NCBI GenBank assembly: GCA_964057225.1 | Contig: OZ059898.1 | Coordinates: 4,030,001-4,094,000, forward strand | DNA: 64,000 nt | Source: Auanema rhodensis | Lineage: Eukaryota > Animalia > Nematoda | Reading direction: 5' to 3' | Shown here: piece after piece, positions 41,556 through 55,313 of the stretch | Layout of the letters: every line of letters begins with the position of its first letter | Numbering within the stretch: position 1 is the first letter of the stretch | Made by a program: the position numbers and the translations under genes | Notes under the pieces: model-generated | Told to the model about the DNA's origin: nothing | The model's database searches: none | Seen by the model: only the letters and a program-made list of their open reading frames with translations

Positions 41556-44101
41556 TTAGACTTGAGCTTCGGTTATGGGAAAGATGGCACTTTCGTTTTG
41601 AGTATCATTCAATTTTGGTGATATCTTTTCTTCTTGGAACTTTAAAAATAGATCTTTTATCATTTTACTGTTCTCCGACGTAATACCAGCAAGAGTAGCT
41701 TTTTGAAACTAAAACAATTAGGTATACCGAGAAAACTTATGCTTGACTTACATCATCCGTCATTGTGTTCCATGATATAGCTTTTTCAATAATTTGTAGC
41801 ATTGCTCCGATGCATGATGTTTCGCTGTCCCATTCCTTAGAAGATCGGCAGAACATTGGATAGAGTAACTAAAAATATTAAGTTGTATTGTAAGCTGTTG
41901 ACTTAAATAAAAATAACATACCACTGTACGTATTGTTGGATCAGCAAATGCTTCTTTCAAACCACAGCCTATTCCATTTCTTACCATTCGATCCAGGCCT
42001 GCGTCTTCTGAATAACACTGCTCCATCCGATTGACAACGATAAGACCTGGAAGATATTTCTTTAGCATTTAAAAAAGAAAATTTTTGATTACTCGATTTC
42101 CCTAATCTTCGATATATAGCAGCAAAGTCTGGATTGATTCTTGTACGAGAAGCTAATGTTGCTTTTATATCAGTTTCGTTTTTAAGTAAATATTTTGCAG
42201 CCTCAGAAACTGAAAACAGAAACGTTAAAACAATTATACTGTTTCGATGCACCTGGTCTTCCCATTATGCAATCGACAACTATAGCATCATATGTGTCAT
42301 TTTCTAGCAAATCCATTACAGTAAGATCTGACACAACCATTTTCTCCATGAAAAGCCGTGCATATTCTAAAGAGTGAAACTTTGCAATACAATATCAAAT
42401 TACCGCTTACTCTCTTCACGTATCTTCCCAATCCTGCTTGTATTAAATGATATATCAGCTATACTACTTGTATTAGAAACTTAAAAGAAGTTTGTATATG
42501 AATACTTGAAAAAGTTTTAGTACCAGTGTCAATATTACTATGACGACGGTCCCTTGGTATGGAAGGTCTCTCTTTTCCCGTGTCTGTTTTAGCTCGTTTC
42601 AGATTTTGACTATTAGAACTATCACATATATTACTTCCTGATACCCGTCCTTAAAAAACAATTTATAAACGGAAACGGATATATGTAAACTAACTGTCTA
42701 ACACAAACCCAAGAACTGATGACACCCGTTTTTGAATACTAGATGAACTAGGAGTAGTTCGTCTGAGAGTAACAACTACGGGGCGAAGTGGAGTCCCTTC
42801 CCCTCCGGGAGTATCTGAATACTATGCTTAAATATTAGAGATAGCTTTAATAATACCTGATACAGATTCAACATTCGCTGTAGGCGTTGTTAAAGAGGAC
42901 CTTCTTCGGGTACCACCAAAAACTCTTGATTTTGAATTGCTAAGCCATCTTCGTGTACTACTTCTCTGAATAGAAGAATAAATTAAATGAATACTAAAAA
43001 AATAGATAATTACCTTTGTAGAAGGAGGAGGCATCATAGACTTATCCAGCATAGGAGTAGAAGGAGTGTTGCAACCAGTTTTATTGTTAGAACTCAGAGG
43101 AGACTAAATCAGAAATGTAAATGGTGAATAGAAATAAAATATATACATCTTCAACGTCCTTCTCCTCCGGCAAATCAGCCATACTTCCCGACATCTTATG
43201 CATTAAACGCATGGACCGCCTCCTGAGAAAACCACCTGGCGATGTTAACGAATCGGATAAAGACGAGGCTGCTCGGCGAATAGCACTTAAAGTTAAAACT
43301 ATAACTCAAAATGAGGAAATATCGAACCTGTTGCACAAGCCGTTTACTAAATCTGATTCACCCGGCATACTTCTCGAGCTTGATCGGATATGCCCTCTAT
43401 TGAATTCACCTCTTGCGGGAGTAGCCAATAGACTAACCGCATCAAAAGCTGATCTAGAGTCCAGTGAAGAAACAGATGTATTGGTTAACTATTATAACAC
43501 AAGAATTATATCACAAGCAGTAAAAAACTAGCATACCGAAAATATTTCGCTGGGCTCTCGTTCTGAGTTCTCAACAAACCTAAGCAGTTCGGTATTTCTG
43601 TGAAATGGGAGAGGTAGAGGTTCAAGCGAATCTTGACTCTGAAAAAAAAGCCATCAAATTGAAGTGTAAAAATACTCACAGATTCACTTAGACAGGATAC
43701 ATCAGAATTGTGACTATCAGGAGCAAAAAAGTGAGATAGCTTTGAAGTTGATTGAGCTTTACTACGATCCTACGGCAAAATTAAAGTAAAAAAGCATAAC
43801 ATAATCTTCCACATACTTTTAGAGCTGAAGAGCTCCTTAACTTCTTCAAAAAACCTCCGATTAAACTTTTTCGCCTTTCCTTCTCTGGGGGTGGTGCAAG
43901 AGCATTCTGTTGTTAATATTGATATTTATGCAATTAAAGTAAGCAGGAATACCTCTTGATTATCATACCAGGGTCTTTCTTTTTTATTTAGTGGAGGTGC
44001 TTCGCACCCGATGTCAAGCTTAAAATCATGTTGCAACAAAAAAATATGTGCTGAATTACCTGATTAGTTGACTTCCGTTTCTTCTGAATTGAATTCATCA
44101 T
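41556..44101 (-). CDS. Uncharacterised protein: long S/T/P/R-rich disordered N-terminus plus an alpha/beta C-terminal domain (possibly macrodomain-like)
   Basis: About 17 exons join in frame through GT-AG introns, from MMNSIQKKRKSTNQ to PITEAQV then TAA; C-terminal part contains TYDAIVVDC, SLIVVNR and LKEAFADPTIRTVLLYPM. Confidence 0.78.
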
Positions 44102-44375
44102 TTAGTTCATGAAATATTAGAATCGAACTAGCACGAGTTCAGGAGAAATCTAAAAAAAAGAATAATCAAACTCTAGATAAAATGCTATATGTCATTACTA
44201 TTAAGACCAAAAAGTCTAAATATTAGAGAAATATTTAAATTCTTATATAGAATACAATATATATTTATATATATAAAAAACTAATAAAGTTAATATAACT
44301 CAATAAATTAAGTTTAAAAAATTGATCGATGAAAATACAACCTTACTATAAAAAACTACTGACAACTAACGCGCA

Positions 44376-44403
44376 TTCAAATTTTTTGTTTTCGCGCGGA
44401 AAA
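44376..44403 (-). promoter_or_regulatory. E2F/DP-like site (TTTTCCGCGCGAAAA) followed by CHR-like TTTGAA; DREAM-type promoter element
   Basis: Minus strand reads TTTTCCGCGCGAAAACAAAAAATTTGAA, about 280 bp upstream of ATG 44101. Confidence 0.5.
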
Positions 44404-44652
44404 GGAGGTGTTGCTGTTGGGTCATCAAGTGGGCCATTGTCACTAAACGGACAAAGTACTCCCCCACTTTATAACCTAAGACTATATTATGCGATATTGT
44501 TACATAATACTTACGGGTGTAATACTATGTAACTTCAGGCTATATTCATTAGTGATGTATAAAAAAACCCTTTATTAATAGATTAATACAAATAAGTACG
44601 AAGAGATCATGAATCTGCCTTTAGTTCAAGTTTGCTCGAATTTTGAAATGTT

Positions 44653-45700
44653 TCATAGAAATTTTAATATGAACAACGATTTTTTGTTCCTGTAAAAAAA
44701 TAAAAGACTAACATAACACACAGGAAGTTGTTTCCCCTACCTTTTGATCCAATTGAAAATGAATTTAGCTAGAAATGGCCAAAAAATAAAACAAATAATG
44801 ATAGGCAAGTACCGAAAAATGCGTGAAAAAGAAAAAAATGGCGTTTTGCGTGTCTGAAATAAGTAATTTTATATTTTGAATATGTATACTATATTTTTGT
44901 GTTATATTCGTGTACGCTTATTTTTTTCAGTACAGACCTGAAGTAACTTTCCCAGCATATGAGTGATTATCCTAAGCTGAAGGGTATTGGTAGATTCAAT
45001 GTCGTACAGTTGTCGGCTTAGTAATTGAAGTTGTTGATTGATCTGCACTAATACAGGGTAATGAGCCACTTCTTGAAACTAAACAAAGAATAACTTAAAA
45101 GCATTTCCATACATAGTTGGTTTCCCAGTAGAGATGATTTGAATAGTCAGAATAATATATCGTTTTTCAATCATGCGATTATTCGAAAACTGATCATGAG
45201 GTCACAAAAATCTTACTGTGTAATTTACAGGCCTCCAATCATCTTCGGATTGGCTGCTACCACTTCGATTTCCAACACGACGGTGCCGTTCTCTTTCTCG
45301 CAATGTCGGTACACGACTTCTTATACCTAATATAGCAAATTCTATTAAGATAATATTGACTTCTTAGAACTACGTTGTATATTTAACGTAAAAATAATAA
45401 TCCTAACCTTCTATTCTAATCTTCTCAATACTAGAATTTTCACTGCTACTGGATCTTTTGTGTTTCGAAGAAGATGCCCGAACAATTGGGGCTAATATAA
45501 CTCCCTCAGTTTTTGGTCTTAATGTAAGTTAATAATAGCAAAATAAAGAAGATTCGCACATACTTTTGACGTTTTAGATGACGTGCAGCATCTTCACATA
45601 GTTTTTTTAGTTCAGAATCACTAACATCAAGGGCATCTTCATACGATGAAATCATACCTATATCTAAGTCACCAGATACACTACGGGATATGGCTTGCAT
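44653..45700 (-). CDS. Tail-anchored coiled-coil protein of about 215 aa with an ACBD4/5-like C-terminus and no ACB domain found
   Basis: Exons 45700-45564, 45517-45408, 45326-45217, 45078-44938, 44853-44741, 44689-44653 join in frame; FFAT-like SSYEDALD, coil VLVQINQQLQLLSRQLYDIESTNTLQ, TM IIICFIFWPFLAKFIF and basic tail KRNKK. Confidence 0.72.
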
Positions 45701-46995
45701 TCTACAAAACAAATCTTATAAAAATAAGTATATAGGCAATTGGAATGGTAATATAAAGAATACTTTAGTATTACTATTTGAAAAAAGAGGTATGCGAAAG
45801 ATATGGATGAAAATCAGCCGATTAAGTGAACGATAAGAGGAAACAGCTTCTACGTTCTGCAGAGACTGTTCAATCAATATATTGATAACTATAATTAAAC
45901 GTATAGCAAATAAAAAGAAGCCACAGAAAAAATCTTATCATAATTATTCAAAAATAATGTCTATTCGTTTATAGCAATATATCAAAGAATTTTTAAAAAT
46001 TGAACCACATTGTTTAAGCCACAAAAGCAGGTATAGATTTTTGATTTTGAATGTATATTATATATTATATATAATATAATCTGGAAAAATCAAAAAAAAT
46101 ATAGATAACTGTTTTATAATTATTCCATAAGTTTGAAATATTTAATGAATCAAAAATGATTAATAATGTTGAGTTATAATATATATCTATTATCTATATA
46201 TCTTTTCTGAATTATTATTATTATAAAAATAAATACAATTTTCTATATAAGCTTATACGTGTTATATACATATTTAGATAGTACTACTTTTAATATTTTA
46301 AATTTAATATTTAATTTTAATTAGGTATATGCATATATAATATAATATAGAGTATTATGCTTAATTGAATTCTTCAATAGTTACTACGATACTTAAAATA
46401 GAATTTATATTGACAAATTCTTAGTTTTAAGAAGAACTTTTATGAAAACCTACTTTGTTATGGTTAAAAATCTGATATTCAAAAATAACAAGAAGAGAAA
46501 ATAGAAATAGGATAAATCTAGATGGATATATATAGATTAACGAAGACATTGAATTGACATCTGCCCTCTGAATGACCTTAGCGTTCCTGGTCATTCAAAT
46601 AATATGTATTGATTTTTATATTATGATGTTTAGAATGAAACAATAAAACTTGGAAGTAAAGTAAAAATGAAGTACTCTGTACAATACTGAAAATAATATT
46701 ATATGAAAATAAAATCAACAAAAAAAAGTTGAAAGTTTCAAATCCAAATCTTAAATATAATTCAATATAGCATTTGAAAAACAGTTCTATATTGTATATT
46801 CTGTATTCCTTATTTAATCATATGAAATAATCAATATGACAAAAGAACCTGTTTAGATGCCGTAATATCAGCTGAAATTGCGGACGAAGACGCAAACATC
46901 AGGTCCTTTGCAGTATCAGAGTGTAGTAATAGTTTGGTATGATTTTATATGAAAATGACAGTTTAAATGAAGAGTCAAAGATAGTATAAATAACC

Positions 46996-47031
<36 letters not shown>

Positions 47032-48188
47032 ATTATAAAAAATCCCAGCTTAAAATAATTGAAGAGAATCCCTATGTTTAGTCTTCAATATATTAAAAAG
47101 ATTTAAAAACTTTGATGTAATGAGCAAAGACCTAGCTAACATATCCAAAATTATTTTTAACACATTCCCAGAGAAAGCTTTCAAGTAAAATAGACTCTCA
47201 CCACATCAAGCTCAAAAGAATATTTCTCTTATATAGTTATATTTAAAAGAAAAGTGGAAATTTAAGATCAGTATACATTTTTATTTTGGAATAGAATTTC
47301 AACGAAATTTTTAAAGAAAATAGATTAGTTTTCAATTTTTGATTACTTTCTTTGTTTTTTTTCTATCTTAACACCTCTTTAACAAACGATTTAAAAGTTG
47401 AATAGACAATTATTCTAATTGATTTGCATATTAGATGAGGGAATGCATTTTCAAGATTGTTAGACCTTCTTGAAGTCCGTGTCTTGCCTATTGAGTTGTT
47501 GTCTTCTTAGCTTCTTCTTCAATTTTTTTCAATTTTTTTTGAGGAGAATAAAACATTTATCAAAAGCATTTCATTATTGTAAAATGAATATAGTTTATAA
47601 GCATTCTATATAATCTAGACTAAAGCTATTTATTATATCCAGAATAGTAAAACATATATATCTAATCATTACTTTCATTAATTCAAAATAATATTATATT
47701 AATGCATTAAGATAGATACATATACATATTAATAGAAATGTTATACTTTTTCTCTTTGAATAGAGTACCCATTTCCTTATATATTAGCAACATTATAATT
47801 ATCTTTGAATTATTTTCCATTTTTAATTCATCAAAAATCTGATTGTTTCATATTTAAATTAAATTATTTTTGACACAATTATACATTTTTTTATTATTAT
47901 CGTTACTAAATTACATGAACATATATCTATTTTCAGTTATTGAGTCAGTACCAACACCTTGTTTTTCTCTGTAACCTCTCCAACCCTCTCCCACATATCT
48001 CAAGAGTGAAAGAGTTGAAAAAAAAAGAAAGAAAAATGACAAAATATTTCTTTTTCTGTTTTTCCTATGAACATTTTTGTATACGTCTTTCATATTAAAA
48101 TATTTTTCTTTTATTCTTGAAAATATTAGATGTTCATATATATTTTTATGCTTTTTTATAAGTTTTTAGTTATAAATAAATAAAGAAA

Positions 48189-48232
<44 letters not shown>

Positions 48233-48806
48233 TGTATATATATGTATATATAAATAATTTTTATATTGTATCTATTAGTTTAATTATTACATTTTGCAAT
48301 TCATCACTCTTTATTCATACTACATGAACACATTACATCTCTCATTGACTTTTTCTTTAGCTTTTCTCATTATCTATTCTTTAACTCCATGTATTTTTTC
48401 TTCTAAATCTTTGTCATCAAAGTATAATATTAATAAATTTGTAGCATAATTATACTATAATAATATGAATAATAAGGGTACATATGGATATATTCATTAT
48501 GAACAGTATAGAACATTTATAACTGATCAAGTTTCTAAGTTTCATTGTTTCTTTTGTCTTCGATAAAAAATACAACCACTCTCTCATTTTAAACCAATTT
48601 AAAATAAGTGGATTCCGACTCAACAGAGTAATTCGATTTTATAGACTTGTAAGGAATTCCTGCGAATAGAATCTTCTTCTATCTTTACAATTTCTTGGAA
48701 TAATCTTTTTTTTGTTAAATTATAGTTTTTTTCATCATATTATGTTTGTTTTTGTTGTTTTTTCTTTTTTTATATTAAATTTTATGTTTTTATAGTTAAT
48801 ATAAAT

Positions 48807-51800
48807 ATGCTGTTAGGAGGAGAATGTTTCCCTAGTCGTTATGACGTAAGTTTTTTAAAATTTATCTGAGATTTCTCGTAAGTTTCAAATTTTCAAAACA
48901 TATTACCAACATACACGTTTAAAAAAAGTTATTCATAATAGTAGCCGCAACTCTAAAAAACGTTTTTTTCTCAAATTGTCTAAGAGTTCAGTTTTAGCAC
49001 ACCTGTTAAACTAAATTTAAGACAACTTAGTCAAAAGATATCCAGTTTCTAGCGTTTCCGCATGATTTTTAGATAAAGATACTAGGTACCTTATCTATAT
49101 TCGCATATTTCTAAAGATAACTGGTGATGAATCATATTCGAAAATTAACTAATGCTTATAAGCGTCCATTTTCGCGAAATGTTATTGGTCACGTTCCATC
49201 AGTTTCAAGAGTAAGTACTAACAATTCTTTTTCTTTAGTGTATTGTTATAAGCAATGCTATCTTTTAGACTTTTCATTATATATTATAAAAATATTATTT
49301 TATAAAACACTTTATTCTTCTTAAACTTTCAAGAAAATATCTAAAAGTTCAATTAAAGGAAATTAAAAAAGAATTAAGAATGTGAATAAACATTTTAATT
49401 CACATGATTAATAGTAAAAATAAGTTAGTCTGATTTTATTTATCAGCTGTTAGAGCGTCAAATGTTTCTTAGCATATAATCAGCGATTTATCAATTTCAC
49501 ATCGTCTTTAGCTCTCATTCCTGAAGTTTTTTTCGTTTAGTGTTTTGTTTTTATATAAATATTTTTCATAAAAGCTTTAAATATAACTATCGTTTTACTT
49601 CATGACTTGATTGTGTTACCACTTGTTTGGAAATGGAAATGGAAACGATAATTCAAGTCGTCTAAGATTTCTTCTTCTCAATCAAAGTGGTTCCACCAAT
49701 ATTCTAATATATTCTCTAATTTTTTTTATATCATTCTTTCAAAACAATATAAACAAATTGATATTGTATTTATATTATATACATATAATATTATTTTACT
49801 TTACTAGTTAGTGAAGAAATAAACTTCTTACTAATAACACAGCCATATCAAACAGCCTTTTGTTTAAGATCGTTCATCCAAGCATAAAAGCAAGAAAAAT
49901 CCAAAATCTATCTGGATTCTGGATGCTTAACGAACAACATTATCTTTATTCTCATAGTCTTCTCCAAATCTCTTTGTCTTTTCCAAGTCTTTTCATTATG
50001 TTCCTGAAGAGTAATAATTGGACGGAAAAATAAGAGAAAAATCAGAATTAAACGAAGAAAATGGAATAAAAATGTTGAAAAAAACACACATAAAGAGAAT
50101 CTTTACGTTATGAAGGACATATTAAAAACAGTTATCTTCTATTCTTATAGTTTTTGTTTCATTTTTTCTTTTATTGTATCATTTTTATTTTTGGAAAAAT
50201 GTCGGCCTCACGACGACAATCTATGGGATTTGTACTTCGTCAATTTGCGAACAGTATTATTCCCCTTGCAGGAGTACACAAGCCACGAATGGTTGTAAGT
50301 TTATTTTAATTCACACAGGGTTACTCATATCATATCTATCAATCTATCTATATACTTTGTTTAAATTATTTCATATTCTTATGTTTATATAGAATATTGA
50401 AATATATATTCATGTGTATTCCTATTTTGATTTGAAAATAAGCATTTTATCAGAAGATTTTAAGGAAGGAAATAGTGTAATTCTTACAATCATACTTGTT
50501 TACTAAAGGTCCGGAAGAGTTATGAAAGCTATGAGTAACTAGTAAACTTCAAATCCTTTCTTTCTAATTTTTTTTGTTCTAACTGAATATAGACTATGGT
50601 CTGGCATGTGTTTACGTTGTTGTTAATTTTTTTGATGTTTGGCTTGTACCCAAAAAACATGTAATTTATTTAGAATGTGGAAAAAGCAACAACATGAAAT
50701 ATTATCCGAAAAATAGAGTTTCAAACAATTTCTACTTTTTTTTTCGGTTTTCATTCTCTATCGGCTTTTACATTATTATAGAATAAATAATTTCATAATA
50801 ATTTAGATTTATAATAATTATTTTATATATAATATATATATATATATATATGTATGTATATTATATTAATGAAAAAGTTAGTCGTTATATGTAACAAGGT
50901 GAATGAGTGAAAGAGAAATAGATGTAAAAATGATGTAAAAGTGAATATATCAAATTACGAATGCAAGGTTTGATTCATTAATTAACAAAGTCGCCAAAAT
51001 TTTTGTCTCACAGAAGTTTTGTTTCCTAATATCAAACATAATATATCTTTATAATCATTTATATTTCTAAATCAATAACAATACAAGATTTTATATTTGA
51101 AAAAAAAAAAGATTTTAAAAGATCCATTTCCATTTGATCCATTTAAACTTTTATATAAAATTTGTTCATTTTTCTTTCTTATTAATAGATAATACTCATG
51201 CATAAAAATAATTTTATGAATTACATGTCTTATTTTTTAATTAAGACATCATGTTCTTAACTCCAACTAACTAAGGCAATAACATTCATTCCTAGAATGT
51301 ATTGGAACATTTATTGAACAACATTTAATTCTCCTGAACCTCGATTTTCCACCATTTATGGGGCAAAAGAGAAACAACTTTTACGGCATCTGTCACAGGG
51401 CTTCTCACTAGTTGATATAAACTGAATATTTTTTAAATGTTACGAACATTTGCCATTTTTAAGCTGTACTTTTCATATATTGTTTGTTTTTCAAAATATG
51501 GCAATTTGTAGATTCATCTAAAATTTCTTGCTACTTCTACAACACTGGCAAATTTCTGAATTTTCTTTCTAAAATATCACATAGTAAAATGCCAAAGTTG
51601 TCTCTTCGGTTTTGAATTTCATTTAGCATCACGAAGTTTGTCCCCATGCACCTCTTTTCTTTTCCACTTGAGCTACTGAAATGGCTAACTGTCAGCCAAC
51701 TTCCAAACTTTCTCATTATACAAAGGATTTGATGGTAATCAATTCTTCTAATCAATTTTTGTATACTATATACATATGCTGAGAATATGATAAAAATATA

Positions 51801-53293
51801 ATTATATACTAGTTTATCTTCCTTTAACTATTCATTTTGTACTTCAGATGCCGACTACTCAACTCAATATAGTATTGTCAGAACAACGAGCAGTAGCCGG
51901 TGAATACTTGCAAGCCAAAGTAAACTCATAATCGTTTTAAATATTTTAATAAATATATTTCAGGTTTTGTTGGATTCTGCTGACCCGGACACAGTAATTC
52001 ATTCCTTAATCGCAGAAATAAAAGGAGTAGGACGTACTGGATGGGTTAATATCCATACAGATAAAATATTTGAAACAGAAAAAGTATTGACACATATATT
52101 GTTTCTTTTTTATTATTTCTTTTATTTCTTTTTAGGTATACTTGAACATAAATTTATCGTTATGTCATGATGGTGTACCAATACCTGTGGGCAAACATCA
52201 ATTTCCATTACAAGTAAATTGATATCTTGTTAGTACAAAAGCTCATAAATAATTTACAGATTCAACTTCCTGATCATTTACCCAGTAGTTATGAAAGTCA
52301 ATTTGGAACTGTTCGCTATCAAGTGAAAGTAACTCTAACAGCAAACTCTGAGCAGGTATAATAAGTCAAGTGAAGTTGGACTTATTGATTTTTTTCTTAG
52401 GCATGCTGCTCCGAAGTATTTCCCTTGGTTGTTTTGGCCAGATCTTTCTTTGATGACATTCCCTTCAACGTTTTATCCCCAATTGATTTCAAAGATGAAG
52501 TAGGAAAGAATTAAAATCAAAATTCTATAGAATATTCAGGTTGATTTCACATGCTGTTCATTGCCATTTGGATGCGTATCAATTGTTATATCACTTCCTA
52601 GAACTGCATTTTTATTAGGAGAAGTATGTTAATATGTTTATATAAATGTAAATTAATGTATATAGAATATGGAAGCACAAGTAGCTATTAATAATCGAAC
52701 AAGGAAATGTTTAAAAGAATGTTCGTTAACATTGACTATGAAAACACAGTTTGAGGCTATGAGCAGGTGTGACTTACTCGATTCTCTTCTCTCTAACAAT
52801 GAAGAATTTTAGATATGAACATGTGAACGAAAAAAAATTGAGTGAACAACTTCTAGAAATGGTACCTCTTGGCTCAGTTAGAGCTCGGAATAAGATTGTA
52901 AATTATAAATTGAATTGTACAAAAACAAATATAATTTTCCAGGTTTTTGAAAAATGCTTGGTCAAGATTCCAGATGCTGCTCCTCCGACTCAAAACTATA
53001 ATCTTGGAACAGGAGAAACAGCAATTATAGCTATTCATTATGTTTTGAAATTGACAGCTCTACCCGGTACATATACACAATATTTTAAAATTTTAATGAA
53101 AATACAAGAATTTAAAAAATTTGAATTTATTATTTTATTACTAGGTATTGAATGTGAAGTTCCAATTATTGTTACAACTCGAGGATATAAAGATAAAGCG
53201 AAGCAAGCAGCTTTTTTGATCCATAACAATAATAAACAGCGGCTTCAAGCCCAACATCGAGCTCAAAATATGGTAGACAATAATAGTTTATGA
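48807..53293 (+). CDS. arrd-15: Alpha-arrestin (arrestin domain-containing protein) with alternative first exons; common body starts at 51848
   Basis: MPTTQLNIVLSE..AGE, GRTGWVNIHTDKIFETEK, GKHQFP, LPSSYESQFGTVRY and AIHYVLKLTALPGIECEVP match C. elegans ARRD-15 as I recall it; phase-0 first exons at 48807-48845 (MLLGGECFPSRYD) and 50199-50294. Confidence 0.9.
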
Positions 53294-55240
53294 TGAAAAC
53301 TATATGTTTAAAATATAATAATCAGAAATAATATTTTTGGGATTTTGTGTCATATACAGCATGCTTTAATTTGATCTATATTATTATTATTATTATCATA
53401 TAATATAATTTAATTTTGATCTTATTTATATATTATTCATGAATATATTAATTTTATTTAAATAATCGATTAATAAAGTGTGGATAATAAACTCATTTTA
53501 TTTATATTTTTATCTTAATTCTCAATATTATAATAGATATTATATTTTCTTCTTTGTTCTAAATAAACTCTTATCTATTTAAATATGTTATAATATGTGT
53601 AAAAATTGAACAAAATAATAATAAAATTTAAATTATGATAAAAAAAATATTTTCATCATACGTTATCTTTTTTGAATATTATATTAAGTTGTATAAGTTA
53701 ATAAGTTGATTTCCATAATTACTCATGTATAGATGCGACTAATTTTGGAAAACATAAGTTCATACTCAATATGCATATTGTATTATGAAAAGCATATGCG
53801 TATGTGAGTATGTATGTTAAACTAAACTATTTAGTATTATTTAGTATATATAAACTTTATTCTTTACTTATATACGTATATGAGAAACGAGCAATAATGT
53901 ACATACACATGTTACGTAACCATAGAAATTCTATATATTCTTCATATCTTGAATTCAATATTATAACGTCATACTTCGGATTTTAGTTCTGTATTATTCA
54001 TTGTGATGTCTAATACATCACAATGTGTATATATATATATTCTCATATTATATATTATATAGTTATAGTTATAAAGTCTTTGCAATCCATAACAATTAAT
54101 AATCATAATATCTATATTATATATTGATTATGTTCTATAGTAATAACTATAAAATAAAAAGTTAGCATTTAAATATAAAATGCTTTATATCGTAAAATCA
54201 TGTGTTCACATAAGATATTTGTTTGCAGAATTTTTCAAATACCTCATATTTCGGTCTTAAATTCTGATCTTTACAGTGAAAATTTCCTGAACGACTCAAA
54301 CAAATACGATAACATTTGAAAACCTGATCGAATCTGATCATACATCTTCACACATGTATGTCTATGTCTTTTCGTGAACCTTTCCAGGAAATAAGATTAG
54401 ATGAATAGATACTGCTCTCATTTACCATCTGAAAATCTTCTTCCTTGTTTCATTCATTATTATATGTTTATCGACTTAGATAAGCATGTAAAATGAAAGT
54501 CAGCTATTTCAAATTGTTTGAATGACATCATTATTCTACCAACACATCAATAATTTTTTCAACTATATTGTGCAATAGAAAGTTCTAAAATCGTTCAATT
54601 TAGTTCTTTTTTCATTTTAAAAAATGTATAGTTTGGTCTTTTTAATGTTCATTTGCTTATAATCATTTTCAATTTATTAATTCTTCGTTATTTTTTTGAG
54701 TTTTTTTAGTTTTTCAAAGAAGATAGTTTTCTCTGTAAAGGTCAGTATTAAAGATTAAAAAATGTATATGTTTCATATAGTATATATGTATATAGTTATA
54801 ATCTTAACTAGCAATGAGAACCACGCTCTATCGTACAAACTTCTTTTCAATAGATCCCTCGTATTTCTACTACTTCACAGTCTCCCCTTATTTCGTTATG
54901 TTTCTCTTTCTCGTTGTCTGACTCTCCGCTCAATTTTTAATACTCTATGCATCTCAATCTCTTTTTATTTTATGTCTCACCATACAAGAGCTAATCTCGG
55001 AGACTCATTGATCCAAAATCTACTTTAATCAGTCTTTAATATTGCATGAATCTGCACTTTTAGTTCTCAAATTGATCTCTCGGTTTATCAATTTTTAAAT
55101 AATTTAGATAACGTTTTTCTTATCAGCATTTTTTGCTGCATTCGTTTCACATTGTCGTATTTGTTACAAAACCAAAGCTATATACTTATTAACACGTTTT
55201 TTCACAAAAAATAATAGATTATGTTAATGTGTAAACTACA

Positions 55241-55313
55241 GCCCGGTTAGCTCAGTCGGTAGAGCACCAGACTCTTAATCTGGCTGTCGCGGGTTCGAGC
55301 CCCGCATCGGGCT
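55241..55313 (+). tRNA. tRNA-Lys (anticodon CTT)
   Basis: Cloverleaf with acceptor stem GCCCGGT/ATCGGGC, anticodon arm CCAGA-CTCTTAA-TCTGG, GTTCGAG T-loop, and a T-run terminator from 55320. Confidence 0.97.

Noticed and set aside
41941-42252. ORF-track protein MHRNSIIVLTFLFSVSEAA... that looks like it has a signal peptide
   Set aside because: The apparent signal is translated intron; the segment is an internal part of the 41556-44101 gene.
53999-54025. 11-bp perfect inverted repeat CATTGTGATGT/ACATCACAATG (a similar 9-bp one lies near 46570-46598)
   Set aside because: Isolated short inverted repeats with no TSD or other support; plausible by chance in AT-rich DNA.
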